A stretch of DNA of 34,863 nucleotides. Source: a candidate division FCPU426 bacterium (lineage in GTDB: Bacteria; Oederibacteriota; JAAXVQ01; JAUVAV01). The stretch is from assembly GCA_016929575.1 (NCBI GenBank), contig JAFGIQ010000202.1:1-34863 (forward strand). Reading direction: 5' to 3'. The notes beneath the pieces are model-generated. The model searched no databases and was not told where the DNA came from. It saw nothing but the letters and a program-made list of their open reading frames with translations. A program made the position numbers and the translations under genes. The stretch's first letter is position 1; each line of letters starts with the position of its first letter. Shown in pieces: positions 1-8,996 of the stretch.

Positions 1-52
1 CAATCCTTGGTTTGTTCACCATGGGTTGCATTTTGTCCGGACAGGAATTTGC

Positions 53-1963
53 ATGAAAAACTATTCTGTATCCAAAACCCGGCAAAGCCGTAAAAAATAT
101 AACCACAGCCGTTCCCCCAAAGCAGCAGCTGCTGCTAAGCATTGTTCCTCCCGCCGGAAGTCTTCCCCTGCCCGGCGGCAGCCGTCGCATTCCTCTTCGA
201 CCCCTGCCAAACAACAATGTCCGCCGGCATTGCTGCCAGACGTGTCCCGAAGCACCCGGCTGGCGCTTCTTACCGCCGTCCTCGATGATAATCCTGTTGC
301 CATCATCATCACCGACCGTTTTGGCAGCATCCGGCATGTAAACAAGCGGGCGCGCTTGTTACTCCCTGCGCTTGCAGATGTTGCACCCGGCCACGGTCCA
401 ACAGAATTGCAACAGACGGGCATGGATGCCCATTTTTGCCTGCAAATACGGCAAGCTCTTGATGCCGGCCGCATGGAACCTGTACACATAAAAACCCATC
501 ATAAGACAAACTCAACCATCTGGGAAAGTGCGCTGGTCATCCCTGTCGCCGGCCAAAAAATCCCGCCGTTCCATTACCTGCTTTTCCTGGGGGACAACAC
601 CCTTTTCAAATCACCGCCGACCTGGCTGCGGCTCTACGACCATTTTGATGCGCTGACCGATCTTCCCACCCGCTATTTGTTCATCCAGCGTCTGCTGCCG
701 ATTCTGACCCAGGCCGACCAGAATAAGACCATGGTAGGTATAATCCTCCTGGGCCTTGACCGCTTCAAGACGATAAACCATACCCTGGGCCACACGGCCG
801 GCGACAGACTCATCCAATTGGTCGGCCGTCATCTGCAGGGAGAGGTCGGACCAGAGGATATTGTCGCCAGAATGGGAAGTGATGAATTCCTCCTGCTCTT
901 GCCGAACATCCAGGATTTCCGCCAGATATCCCAGAAGGTCAATATGCTCAGGGAATCCTTTGCTCAGCCTTTCTCTGTTGCCGACCGGGATTTGCACATG
1001 AATATCAGTATGGGCATCTGTCTTTATCCGGATGACGGCCATGACCCGTTGGTTCTCCTGCGAAACGCGGATACCGCGCTGCAGGAAGCCAAGGATTCGG
1101 GCCGCAACACATATAGGTTTTACACCGCCAAGCTCTATAAAGGGGTCAAAGAGCAGTTTTCCCTGGAAAACGCCCTGCATCGCGCCCTGGCCGGCAATGA
1201 ATTCAGGCTTTTCTATCAACCCTTGGTACATATTCAATCTGGGCAGGTGCTGGGCATGGAAGCTTTGGTGCGCTGGCAACATCCCAAACTCGGCCTGCTG
1301 TCACCCGACCATTTCATCCCGCTTACCGAGGAAACCGGTTTTATCGTCCCTCTGGGACATTGGATCATGCAAACGGCTTGCCGGCAAATTGTGCATTGGC
1401 ACCACATGGGTTTTTCCGCCTTGCGCATGTCCGTCAATCTTTCAGCGCGTCAATTCCAGGAACCCGAACTGGTGGAGACCATTTTGGGAATATGCCGCGA
1501 TGCCGGTTTGGATCCGAGTTTTCTACAAATAGAAATCACCGAAAGCGTCTTTTTGAAGAATGTCCATATCACCAGAATGATATTGCACTGGTTGAGCAAG
1601 AAAGGCATCACGGTTGCCCTTGATGATTTTGGCACCGGCTATTCTTCCCTTACCTATCTGAAACGTTTTCCCATCCATACGATCAAAATCGACAGGTCTT
1701 TCATCCAGGACTGCCTGCGCGACACCGACGATGCAGCCATAGTCACCACCATCGCTTCCATCGCACGCAATTTAAAGATGTATATTACCGCCGAAGGGGT
1801 GGAGGAGGCGGAGCAGCTGGCTTTTCTCCGCAACCTGGGTTGCGACAACTTTCAGGGATTCTTTTTCTCCGCTCCCCTCCCGGCCGATGACTTCACCAGC
1901 CTGCTGGCGCAAGGACGGTGTTTGCAGCACCTGGAGCAGCCGGAAACCGGGCATGACGGCTGA
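53..1963 (+). CDS. PAS-GGDEF-EAL protein; degenerate GGDEF, likely c-di-GMP phosphodiesterase
   Basis: PAS-like segment (IIITDRFGSIRHVN), DALTDLP, LGLDRFKTINHTLGH, RMGSDEF, EAL motif (MEALVRW), DDFGTGYSS, KIDRSF, AEGVE. ATG at 53 preceded by AGGA, in frame with ORF 26..1963. Confidence 0.92.
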   Translation: MKNYSVSKTRQSRKKYNHSRSPKAAAAAKHCSSRRKSSPARRQPSHSSSTPAKQQCPPALLPDVSRSTRLALLTAVLDDNPVAIIITDRFGSIRHVNKRARLLLPALADVAPGHGPTELQQTGMDAHFCLQIRQALDAGRMEPVHIKTHHKTNSTIWESALVIPVAGQKIPPFHYLLFLGDNTLFKSPPTWLRLYDHFDALTDLPTRYLFIQRLLPILTQADQNKTMVGIILLGLDRFKTINHTLGHTAGDRLIQLVGRHLQGEVGPEDIVARMGSDEFLLLLPNIQDFRQISQKVNMLRESFAQPFSVADRDLHMNISMGICLYPDDGHDPLVLLRNADTALQEAKDSGRNTYRFYTAKLYKGVKEQFSLENALHRALAGNEFRLFYQPLVHIQSGQVLGMEALVRWQHPKLGLLSPDHFIPLTEETGFIVPLGHWIMQTACRQIVHWHHMGFSALRMSVNLSARQFQEPELVETILGICRDAGLDPSFLQIEITESVFLKNVHITRMILHWLSKKGITVALDDFGTGYSSLTYLKRFPIHTIKIDRSFIQDCLRDTDDAAIVTTIASIARNLKMYITAEGVEEAEQLAFLRNLGCDNFQGFFFSAPLPADDFTSLLAQGRCLQHLEQPETGHDG

Positions 1964-1996
1964 ATACATCTTGACCACCAAGAGGGATAAAATCCG

Positions 1997-2743
1997 ATGA
2001 CGACCAACGGCCCGCCCATGGAGCGGCTATCTAAAATCATGGCTGCCCGGGGGCTCTGCTCGCGGCGGGAAGCGGATGAATTCATCCGCCGCGGTTGGGT
2101 TGCTGTGGACGGTGAAAAGGTCACCGTGCTGGGCACCAAGATCCACCCCCAGCAGAAGATCTCCCTGGCTCCGGAAGCACGAACACAGATCCAAGGCAGT
2201 GTCACTATTCTGATCAACAAGCCGGTTGGATACGTCTCCGCACAAGCGGAAAAAGGCTACCCCGCCGCCGTGCAGCTGATCACCTTTGAAAACCAGTACG
2301 CGCCCGAACATGCCGCCCGCCGTTTCCACCCCTCCCATTGCCGCGGTTTGGCCCCGGCCGGCAGATTGGACATCGACTCCCAAGGCTTGTTGGTGCTCAC
2401 GCAAAACGGCCAGATTGCACGACAGCTAATACACAGCGGTTCCAGGATAGAAAAAGAGTATCTGGTGTGGATTCAAGGAACTGTTACCGTTTCCCGGTTG
2501 CAGCTGCTGCGGCACGGACTTGCGCTTGACGGCAAAATCCTCCTCCCGGCTGTCGTCAGTCCGTTTGACGGCAATATGCTGAAAATGATATTGCGCGAAG
2601 GCCGCAAGCGGCAGATCCGCCGCATGTGCCAGCTGGTCGGTTTGCAGGTGACCAAATTAAAACGCACGCGTATTGGCCGCGTGCATTTAGGCGGCCTGCC
2701 GTTGGGGAAATGGCGCTATTTGTCAAAACACGAGGTTTTTTAA
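1997..2743 (+). CDS. RsuA/RluB/RluF-family rRNA pseudouridine synthase with N-terminal S4 domain
   Basis: RLSKIMAARGLCSRREAD (S4), NKPVGY, catalytic GRLD motif (AGRLDIDSQGLL), EGRKRQIRRM; RBS GAGGG upstream. Confidence 0.93.
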   Translation: MTTNGPPMERLSKIMAARGLCSRREADEFIRRGWVAVDGEKVTVLGTKIHPQQKISLAPEARTQIQGSVTILINKPVGYVSAQAEKGYPAAVQLITFENQYAPEHAARRFHPSHCRGLAPAGRLDIDSQGLLVLTQNGQIARQLIHSGSRIEKEYLVWIQGTVTVSRLQLLRHGLALDGKILLPAVVSPFDGNMLKMILREGRKRQIRRMCQLVGLQVTKLKRTRIGRVHLGGLPLGKWRYLSKHEVF

Positions 2744-2759
2744 ACGCGGGGTATGCTTT

Positions 2760-4238
2760 TTACGGGCGGATGTTCATCGCCAGTTCTTCACTTTGTATTG
2801 TCTCCTTGCCTTCACGGTCGAGGGCTGTAACCGTATACCGCCAAAGGCCGGGTTTAAGTTCTTTGAGGTAAATAAAATTTTTCCTGATCGCCCGTTTGTT
2901 CACTTTATGAAACGCCCCCTTTTTGCCGCTGGCCTGGTACAAATAGTAGCGGCGCCAGAAAACGCCATCCAGCCAATACACCAGCACGCCGTCGCCGATG
3001 CGTTCATATTGCGGTTTTCCGGGGGGTTCTGCGGTCGAATCAAAAACCTTATTCATTTGATGCAAACCGAGCTGCAGACTATTCAACTTCAGCGTGCTTT
3101 CCTCCAGCTGCAATCCCAATTGTTTTTTCTCCGACGATAATTTTTTCACCGTGTTTTGCAGGTTCATCATTTGCCGCCGGTATTCGTCCACATTGGACAG
3201 ATAATGGTATCCCACTCCACCCCCCAGCATGCCGGCTAATCCTGCAAGCACAAGCACCAATCCCTTCATCCAGCCAGGTCTTGCCTGCTTTGCCGTTTGG
3301 TCGACTGGTTGCCCGGCCGGATTTTTATCCGCAGACTTTGTCGGCGGCGCGGTATCAGCCTTGCGCACAGGATGACTTTCAAGCGAAGAGATGCCGGCAA
3401 CTGTTTGGCGGAGAGGATCCTGTGCCGGTTGCGGCGGCAGGGTCTTGCCGGCCGGCGATGCGTCAGCCGGCAGGGATGCGTCTGCGACATCCCCCGGATC
3501 GTCATGCTGCCGACCGTCGGCAGCAGTGTCATCAATATCGTTCGCTGGCATGGAGGTCCTTTCCGCACTCTCCGTCACCGGCACGGGGGACGGCATTGAT
3601 TTCGGCGCCATACCCGATTCAGCCGCCGCTTCCGTTTGTCCGGAAGTCACTGGTATCTGCGGGGATATGGCCGGTGATTCTGCCATCGGCCGGCTTTCTT
3701 GCACAATCACCTTTTCCGGCCGCTGTGATCCTTCCTGCTCTACAGACGCCGGGATACTGGCATCAGCAGAATCAACCTTTCGGGCGGCCGCATCGGCCTC
3801 GGCAAATGAATCGTGATTTTGTCCGGCCATATCGTCTGCCCGGCTGAAAATAGTATCGGTGCTGGAAAGTTCCTGGTTGATAGGCGTTTCCGGCGCGTTA
3901 TCCAAATCCTTCGCATCCTGGGCGGCAGGGTCCGCGTTCAGCGAATGAAAATCATCATGAAAAGCGGCAGTCTGGTTTTTTTCCTCTTCCCTGCGAAACA
4001 ACGCAAACTGGATTTTTCTTCCCCCGGCCGACGGTTTTTTTTCAGGTGCTGCCGTACTCTCCGAAGCATTATCCCCTTTCTTTTCTCCTTCCAGGTGGGG
4101 TGATCCGGTTTTTTTGGCTGGCGCGTTTTTTTCTCCTTTGGCCGAGGACTTTTTCAGGGATTTGCCCCCTTCAGACTTCATCGGTTCGGATTCTGTTTTT
4201 TTATCGCTTTTATCCGTTTCTTTTTTCATGCTGCACAT
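2760..4238 (-). CDS. Hypothetical single-pass membrane protein: long disordered N-terminus, TM helix, coiled coil, fibronectin-III-like C-terminus
   Basis: About 320 aa rich in A/P/S/E/D/K, hydrophobic LVLVLAGLAGMLGGGVGY, heptad-like segment, then beta-rich VYW...YYLY...L.PG.WRYTVTALD..G.E pattern. Start may be 4229. Confidence 0.75.
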   Translation of the reverse strand: MCSMKKETDKSDKKTESEPMKSEGGKSLKKSSAKGEKNAPAKKTGSPHLEGEKKGDNASESTAAPEKKPSAGGRKIQFALFRREEEKNQTAAFHDDFHSLNADPAAQDAKDLDNAPETPINQELSSTDTIFSRADDMAGQNHDSFAEADAAARKVDSADASIPASVEQEGSQRPEKVIVQESRPMAESPAISPQIPVTSGQTEAAAESGMAPKSMPSPVPVTESAERTSMPANDIDDTAADGRQHDDPGDVADASLPADASPAGKTLPPQPAQDPLRQTVAGISSLESHPVRKADTAPPTKSADKNPAGQPVDQTAKQARPGWMKGLVLVLAGLAGMLGGGVGYHYLSNVDEYRRQMMNLQNTVKKLSSEKKQLGLQLEESTLKLNSLQLGLHQMNKVFDSTAEPPGKPQYERIGDGVLVYWLDGVFWRRYYLYQASGKKGAFHKVNKRAIRKNFIYLKELKPGLWRYTVTALDREGKETIQSEELAMNIRP

Positions 4239-4479
4239 GGCCCCCTTTGGGGTTGTCCCTCCAGCTCAGGGTGTATGGCTAAAATCATCCCCGCACCTAA
4301 CGTGCAAGGTATTGAGTGTAATCCTCGCCCTTGTTTCCCGCAGGGAGGAAAACACGGCGTTTTTTAATAATACGCAATTTTATATTTTTATCAATCGAAT
4401 TCGCATAAATACCTGCCACTGAATACCCTGGTCGTGATCCGCGGCTTTTCATGATATTCCGTTTGCATTAAGCGTTACC

Positions 4480-4498
4480 CCCGGGCTTAAAGCCCGGG
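4480..4498. repeat. GC-rich palindrome CCCGGGCT-TAA-AGCCCGGG
   Basis: Perfect 8-bp inverted repeat in the divergent intergenic region. Confidence 0.6.
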
Positions 4499-4612
4499 AT
4501 GGCCTTGGCATATTGAAATTGCCGTTTTTCCCGGATCAAGACTGCTGTCCACTATTCCGATAATCTGGGAGGTAAAAGGATAGTGCGCACCAAAAATACC
4601 AAAGGAGCAACC

Positions 4613-6442
4613 ATGGCCAGACATCCCAGGCCGCATAAGGCAAAATCGTGCAAAAGAACCTCCTTGCCTTCTTATGCGCATAAGCTGCCGGCAACAACCG
4701 CCCTGCCAGAAACAACGCCAGACATGATATCCGGCGGCATGGCAACCGTTGCCACGATGGGATCAGACAAGGATCAGCTGGCCCTTTGTCTGCGGGTTTT
4801 GGCTGAAATACCACTTGCTGTTATCTTGCTTTCCGCGCAGGGGCACATTATTTACGCCAACAAGGCCTTTTCCACGCTTACCAAATTTCCCGCTCCTGAT
4901 CTGATCGGAAAAGATATCTCCTCGCTGGTCAGCCAATACCCGGACGCGTTCTGTTTTCACCATCTGCAAGAAGCTTTTCGCGCCAATAAACCCTCCCATA
5001 AAAAATACCGTTCCCAAAAAATCAACCAGGATCATTACTGGGAAAGAAGCAACATTGTTTTGGTGGAAGTGGGCCAAGAGACGCATTATCTCATCGGCTT
5101 TTTCCAGGACATAACCCTGCAGGTGCAATCCAAGGAGCTCATCTCCCACATGGCTTTTTATGACCTTCTCACCGACCTGCCCAACCGCATTTTCTTCAGC
5201 GGCGAATTGGAATCCGCCTTGAAAGAATCGTGCGCCTCCGGCCAAAAACTGGCGGTCGTCCTCCTGGACTTGGACCGTTTCAAAGTCATCAATGATACGC
5301 TTGGACACACGGTTGGCGACCAATTCATTCAACACGTCGCCAAGCGTTTGCGCACGCATTTGGCCCCCAATGACACGGTGGCGCGCATGGGCGGCGATGA
5401 ATTCATTTTGCTGCTGCCTTACATCCGTCATTTCCACGAAGTCGTGGCCAAACTGCAACTCATCAAGGAAGTATTCCGCGAGCCTTTTTCCTCCAACAAC
5501 CACATCCTGCACATCAATGTCAGCATGGGTGTCAGTCTATTCCCCGAAGACGGCGAGGACGTTCATTCCCTGCTGAAACATGCCGACTCAGCCCTGTACG
5601 AAGCAAAAAACTCCGGACGCAACCATTACAAATTTTTCACCAACACCCTAGGCAGCGAAACCACCAGTGATTTCACCATTGAAATGTCTTTGCGCAAAGC
5701 CTTGGATCAAAAGCATTTGCGTTTGTATTATCAACCGCAGGTCAGTTTTCAAACAGGCAAAATAATCGGCGTCGAGGCTTTACTCCGTTGGGAGGATCCG
5801 GAAATGGGGTTCATCATGCCCGACCGCTTCATCCCCTTGGCGGAGGAAACCGGCCTGATCGTTCCCATCGGCGAATGGGTGTTGCAGGAAGCCTGTGCGC
5901 AGGCCGTATCCTGGCAAAAAATGGGACTGTCCCCCTTGAAAATGGCGGTCAACATGTCCGTGCGTCAGTTTCAGGAACCGGAACTGGTGGAAAAAGTGCT
6001 TGCCATCTGCCAGCAAACCGGTTTGGATCCTTTTCTCCTCGAGCTGGAGATCACGGAAAGTCTTTTGTTGAAAGATCTGAATGTCATCCAAATGACGCTG
6101 CAGTGGCTGAAAAAGAAGGGCATCATGATCTCTATCGACGACTTTGGCACGGGGTATTCTTCCCTGAAGTATCTTAGGCGCTTTCCCATCAGCACCATCA
6201 AAATCGACCGTTCCTTCATCCGCGACAGTCAAAACAATCCGGACGACGCCGCGCTGGTCACCACCCTGTGTTCGATCGCACATCATTTAAATCTGCATAT
6301 TGTAGCCGAAGGCATTGAAAACAAGGAACAATATCTTTTTCTCAAGGATTTGGGTTGTGATGCCTTTCAAGGTTTTTATTTTTCCGCCGCCGTGCCGGCA
6401 GACGACATCTCTGCCTTGCTGCGGGAAGGCCGCTGTATCTGA
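4613..6442 (+). CDS. PAS-GGDEF-EAL diguanylate cyclase/phosphodiesterase
   Basis: PAS (IIYANKAFSTLT), YDLLTDLPNR, LDLDRFKVINDTLGH, intact RMGGDEF, VEALLRW, DDFGTGYSS. ATG 4613 with AGGAG RBS, in frame with ORF 4583..6442. Confidence 0.94.
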   Translation: MARHPRPHKAKSCKRTSLPSYAHKLPATTALPETTPDMISGGMATVATMGSDKDQLALCLRVLAEIPLAVILLSAQGHIIYANKAFSTLTKFPAPDLIGKDISSLVSQYPDAFCFHHLQEAFRANKPSHKKYRSQKINQDHYWERSNIVLVEVGQETHYLIGFFQDITLQVQSKELISHMAFYDLLTDLPNRIFFSGELESALKESCASGQKLAVVLLDLDRFKVINDTLGHTVGDQFIQHVAKRLRTHLAPNDTVARMGGDEFILLLPYIRHFHEVVAKLQLIKEVFREPFSSNNHILHINVSMGVSLFPEDGEDVHSLLKHADSALYEAKNSGRNHYKFFTNTLGSETTSDFTIEMSLRKALDQKHLRLYYQPQVSFQTGKIIGVEALLRWEDPEMGFIMPDRFIPLAEETGLIVPIGEWVLQEACAQAVSWQKMGLSPLKMAVNMSVRQFQEPELVEKVLAICQQTGLDPFLLELEITESLLLKDLNVIQMTLQWLKKKGIMISIDDFGTGYSSLKYLRRFPISTIKIDRSFIRDSQNNPDDAALVTTLCSIAHHLNLHIVAEGIENKEQYLFLKDLGCDAFQGFYFSAAVPADDISALLREGRCI

Positions 6443-6514
6443 CAAGCTTTCCACCCACGACTGTTATCCCCGGTCCACAGGCGAAGCCGACGGCATGTGG
6501 CTTGTTGACGCTGA

Positions 6515-7450
6515 TCACTGCAATCCTTTTTCCAGGGCGGCAGCAATGATATGCCAAGCCTCCTGGCCATCCGCCCCCCGTATCCAGTGGATGCCCAATC
6601 CCCTGCGCTCCATGCGCCGAAACCAGGTGTCCTGCCGTTTGGCATAATGGCAAATTGCGGACTTCAATTTTTGAAACAAATCATTGCGGGAATGAATCCT
6701 CCCCTGCAAGTAGTCGGCCACGCAGCGGTATTCCAAGCCGAGGGCGCGGAGTCTTTCCCAGGAAACACCTCCGGCCTGCAATTGCGCGACTTCCTCAATC
6801 AGTCCTTTTTGCAGACGTTCCTCAAGCCGATCGCCGATTCTTTTTTGCAGCAAGCCGCGGTCCCAGCGCAGGCCGATGATCAAAGGGTTCAACGGCATAG
6901 TGTCTGCGCCCGGGGCATGCTTTTCATGTTCCGCGATTTCTATGGCCCGCAGCAATCTTTCCCTGCTGGTCAGATCCGTGATGTTGTGCATCTTTTTACC
7001 GGAGCATTGCAACCGGTGTATCAACTCCTCCCGCGTCCAGGTTTGCAGTTTTGCCCTCAACAACGGACTTTCCGGAACCGGCGCCAGCTTGTATTCCAGC
7101 AGCACCGATTCCAAATACAAACCCGTGCCTCCCACCAGCAGCGGCCAAACATTCCTGGCCCGGCAATCCTGAAAAACCCGGTAAAAAGCCTGTTGAAAAT
7201 GAAAAACTGAAAATTCCTGGTTTACATCTGCTATGTCTATTAAGTGACAGGGGATGTTCCGGCCCTGGAGGCGGTACGCCTCCAGGTCTTTGCCCGAGCC
7301 AATATTGAGGCCCCTGTATACCTGCCTCGAATCCGCGGAAATGATCTCGCCGCCCAACCGGGCAGCAATGCTGCTGGCCAAAAGCGTTTTACCGGACGCT
7401 GTCGGACCAATGATGGCGATGAGATTACAATACGCACTGCTGGCATTCAT
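6515..7450 (-). CDS. miaA: tRNA dimethylallyltransferase (MiaA/IPT family)
   Basis: P-loop GPTASGKT, SADSRQVYRGLNIG, HLIDI, VGGTGLY, YAKRQDTWFR. Confidence 0.9.
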   Translation of the reverse strand: MNASSAYCNLIAIIGPTASGKTLLASSIAARLGGEIISADSRQVYRGLNIGSGKDLEAYRLQGRNIPCHLIDIADVNQEFSVFHFQQAFYRVFQDCRARNVWPLLVGGTGLYLESVLLEYKLAPVPESPLLRAKLQTWTREELIHRLQCSGKKMHNITDLTSRERLLRAIEIAEHEKHAPGADTMPLNPLIIGLRWDRGLLQKRIGDRLEERLQKGLIEEVAQLQAGGVSWERLRALGLEYRCVADYLQGRIHSRNDLFQKLKSAICHYAKRQDTWFRRMERRGLGIHWIRGADGQEAWHIIAAALEKGLQ

Positions 7451-7512
7451 CGGTTTTGCTTCCTGCCGTCATCCTGATTTTTTTTGCCCGTATCATCCGG
7501 CGCATCTTTTTT

Positions 7513-8826
7513 TCACCGCTCCAAATGGCGCAATTGCTGTAAATAACGCGCCACATTCTCACGCGGACGGATCATCTGGGCCGTATCCAATAGCGCAATC
7601 GCTTTTCGATAATGTTCGCGTTCGACCTCCAGTTGCGCGTGACGGATCAAGGCCTCCACTTTCACCTCGGGCAAGCGCGCCGCCCGCTCGTAAAAAATCG
7701 CCGCCTGCTCCGTTTCGCCGAGCCGCTGGTATATTTCGCCCAAGGCCAGCAGGGTCTTTCCCTCCAGGGGGTTTTCATGTAAAAGCAGGCGGTAGGCGCG
7801 CAATGCGCCTTGCAAGTCACCGCTGAGCTGTGCCTGCCGGGCTTCCAGCCAACGCAGATGTATGGTTTCCGCACGGGAGAGCAGTTTGTTTTCTTCCAGT
7901 GACCGGGCTTTGGCCAGCAATCGTTGGGCCGGCCGGGAGATGCCGGACAATAAAAATCCTTCAATCGCCCGCATCAGGCGGGGAATGGAAGGCCGCTCCT
8001 GGTCAAAAACCTTTTCGTAGAGCGCCAATGCTTCCTGATATTCCCCCTGGTTTAAATACAAATCGCCCAGGGTCAAAAGCGCTTCTGCCGAGGCGACGCG
8101 CAAACGCCGGGCGGTTTCCAAGGCCACGATGGCTTCCTGTGTTTTATCCATGGACAACCGCGCATTCGCCAACAGCGACCACAATTCGCCGCGGTCGGGA
8201 TGACGGACAAGCACGTCTTCCAAAATCCTGCCCCCTTCGGCAAAACGTTCCTGTTCCAACAGGGCCTTGGCAAGTCCCAGATAGGCATTTTGATCTTCAG
8301 GATTGATCAGCAAGGCCTGCCGGTAGGCTGATTCAGCCGGAATCGGTTGGTTGAGCAACAAATAGGCATAGCCGGTCAGCATGAGCAGCGAGGGATCCCT
8401 GCTTCCTTCTAAAAGTACACTGCGCAATTCCTGTACTGCCTCTGCCCTCTGATTTTGCTGCAAATAAAGTCTTGCCAGATTGCCCCGGGCGCGGTCAAAC
8501 GCAGGCATTTTTCGCAGAGCCTGGCGGTACGCCTTTTCAGCCTGTATACCCTGGTCCATTTGAAAATAAATATTTCCCAGCGCAAAATCCAGGGCCGGGC
8601 TGTAATCGGCTTTCATTCTGGGTATCAGGTATTCCAAGGCTTGCTCCAGGCTCTCCTCGCTCAATCTGGCCACTTCCGCGAGTGTTTCCGCTTCCTGCCG
8701 GCTGACGGCGGGCTCACGCCGCATGGTGGATATTGCCTCGTGCTCCTCCACGGCCGCAGCAGCAACGGGCCCTAAAAAATATATCCATACCGCCAAGAGC
8801 AGCCAGGCTGTTTTCTGCCGCCGCAT
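7513..8826 (-). CDS. Exported TPR protein (TtpD-like last gene of TonB cluster)
   Basis: Signal peptide (MRRQK + hydrophobic + AAAA), many TPR units (LGNIYFQ..QAEKAYRQAL), AAGGAGG RBS, position after tonB. Confidence 0.85.
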   Translation of the reverse strand: MRRQKTAWLLLAVWIYFLGPVAAAAVEEHEAISTMRREPAVSRQEAETLAEVARLSEESLEQALEYLIPRMKADYSPALDFALGNIYFQMDQGIQAEKAYRQALRKMPAFDRARGNLARLYLQQNQRAEAVQELRSVLLEGSRDPSLLMLTGYAYLLLNQPIPAESAYRQALLINPEDQNAYLGLAKALLEQERFAEGGRILEDVLVRHPDRGELWSLLANARLSMDKTQEAIVALETARRLRVASAEALLTLGDLYLNQGEYQEALALYEKVFDQERPSIPRLMRAIEGFLLSGISRPAQRLLAKARSLEENKLLSRAETIHLRWLEARQAQLSGDLQGALRAYRLLLHENPLEGKTLLALGEIYQRLGETEQAAIFYERAARLPEVKVEALIRHAQLEVEREHYRKAIALLDTAQMIRPRENVARYLQQLRHLER

Positions 8827-8840
8827 TGTTCCTCCTTATG

Positions 8841-8963
8841 AATATGCAACCGCGAATTCCCCGGCATTCGGCATTCGCCGGACAATTACGCCGGGGACAT
8901 CTCCGCCACAAGCGGAGATGCGGCATAGGATAATGCCTTTCTACAACTCAGATCAAAAATCCC
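8841..8963 (+). repeat. Dispersed structured repeat, copy A (123 bp)
   Basis: Reverse complement matches 16185-16239 (51/55) and 16031-16104 (70/74); several internal hairpins. Confidence 0.9.
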
Positions 8964-8996
8964 CGCGCTTTAAGAGCTTTAAGAGAGGGGATTTTT
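8955..8996 (-). terminator. Terminator-like inverted repeat at the tonB stop
   Basis: AAAAATCCCC (8955-8964) / GGGGATTTTT (8987-8996), perfect 10 bp with A/T tracts on both sides; loop contains tandem GCTTTAAGA x2. Confidence 0.55.
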
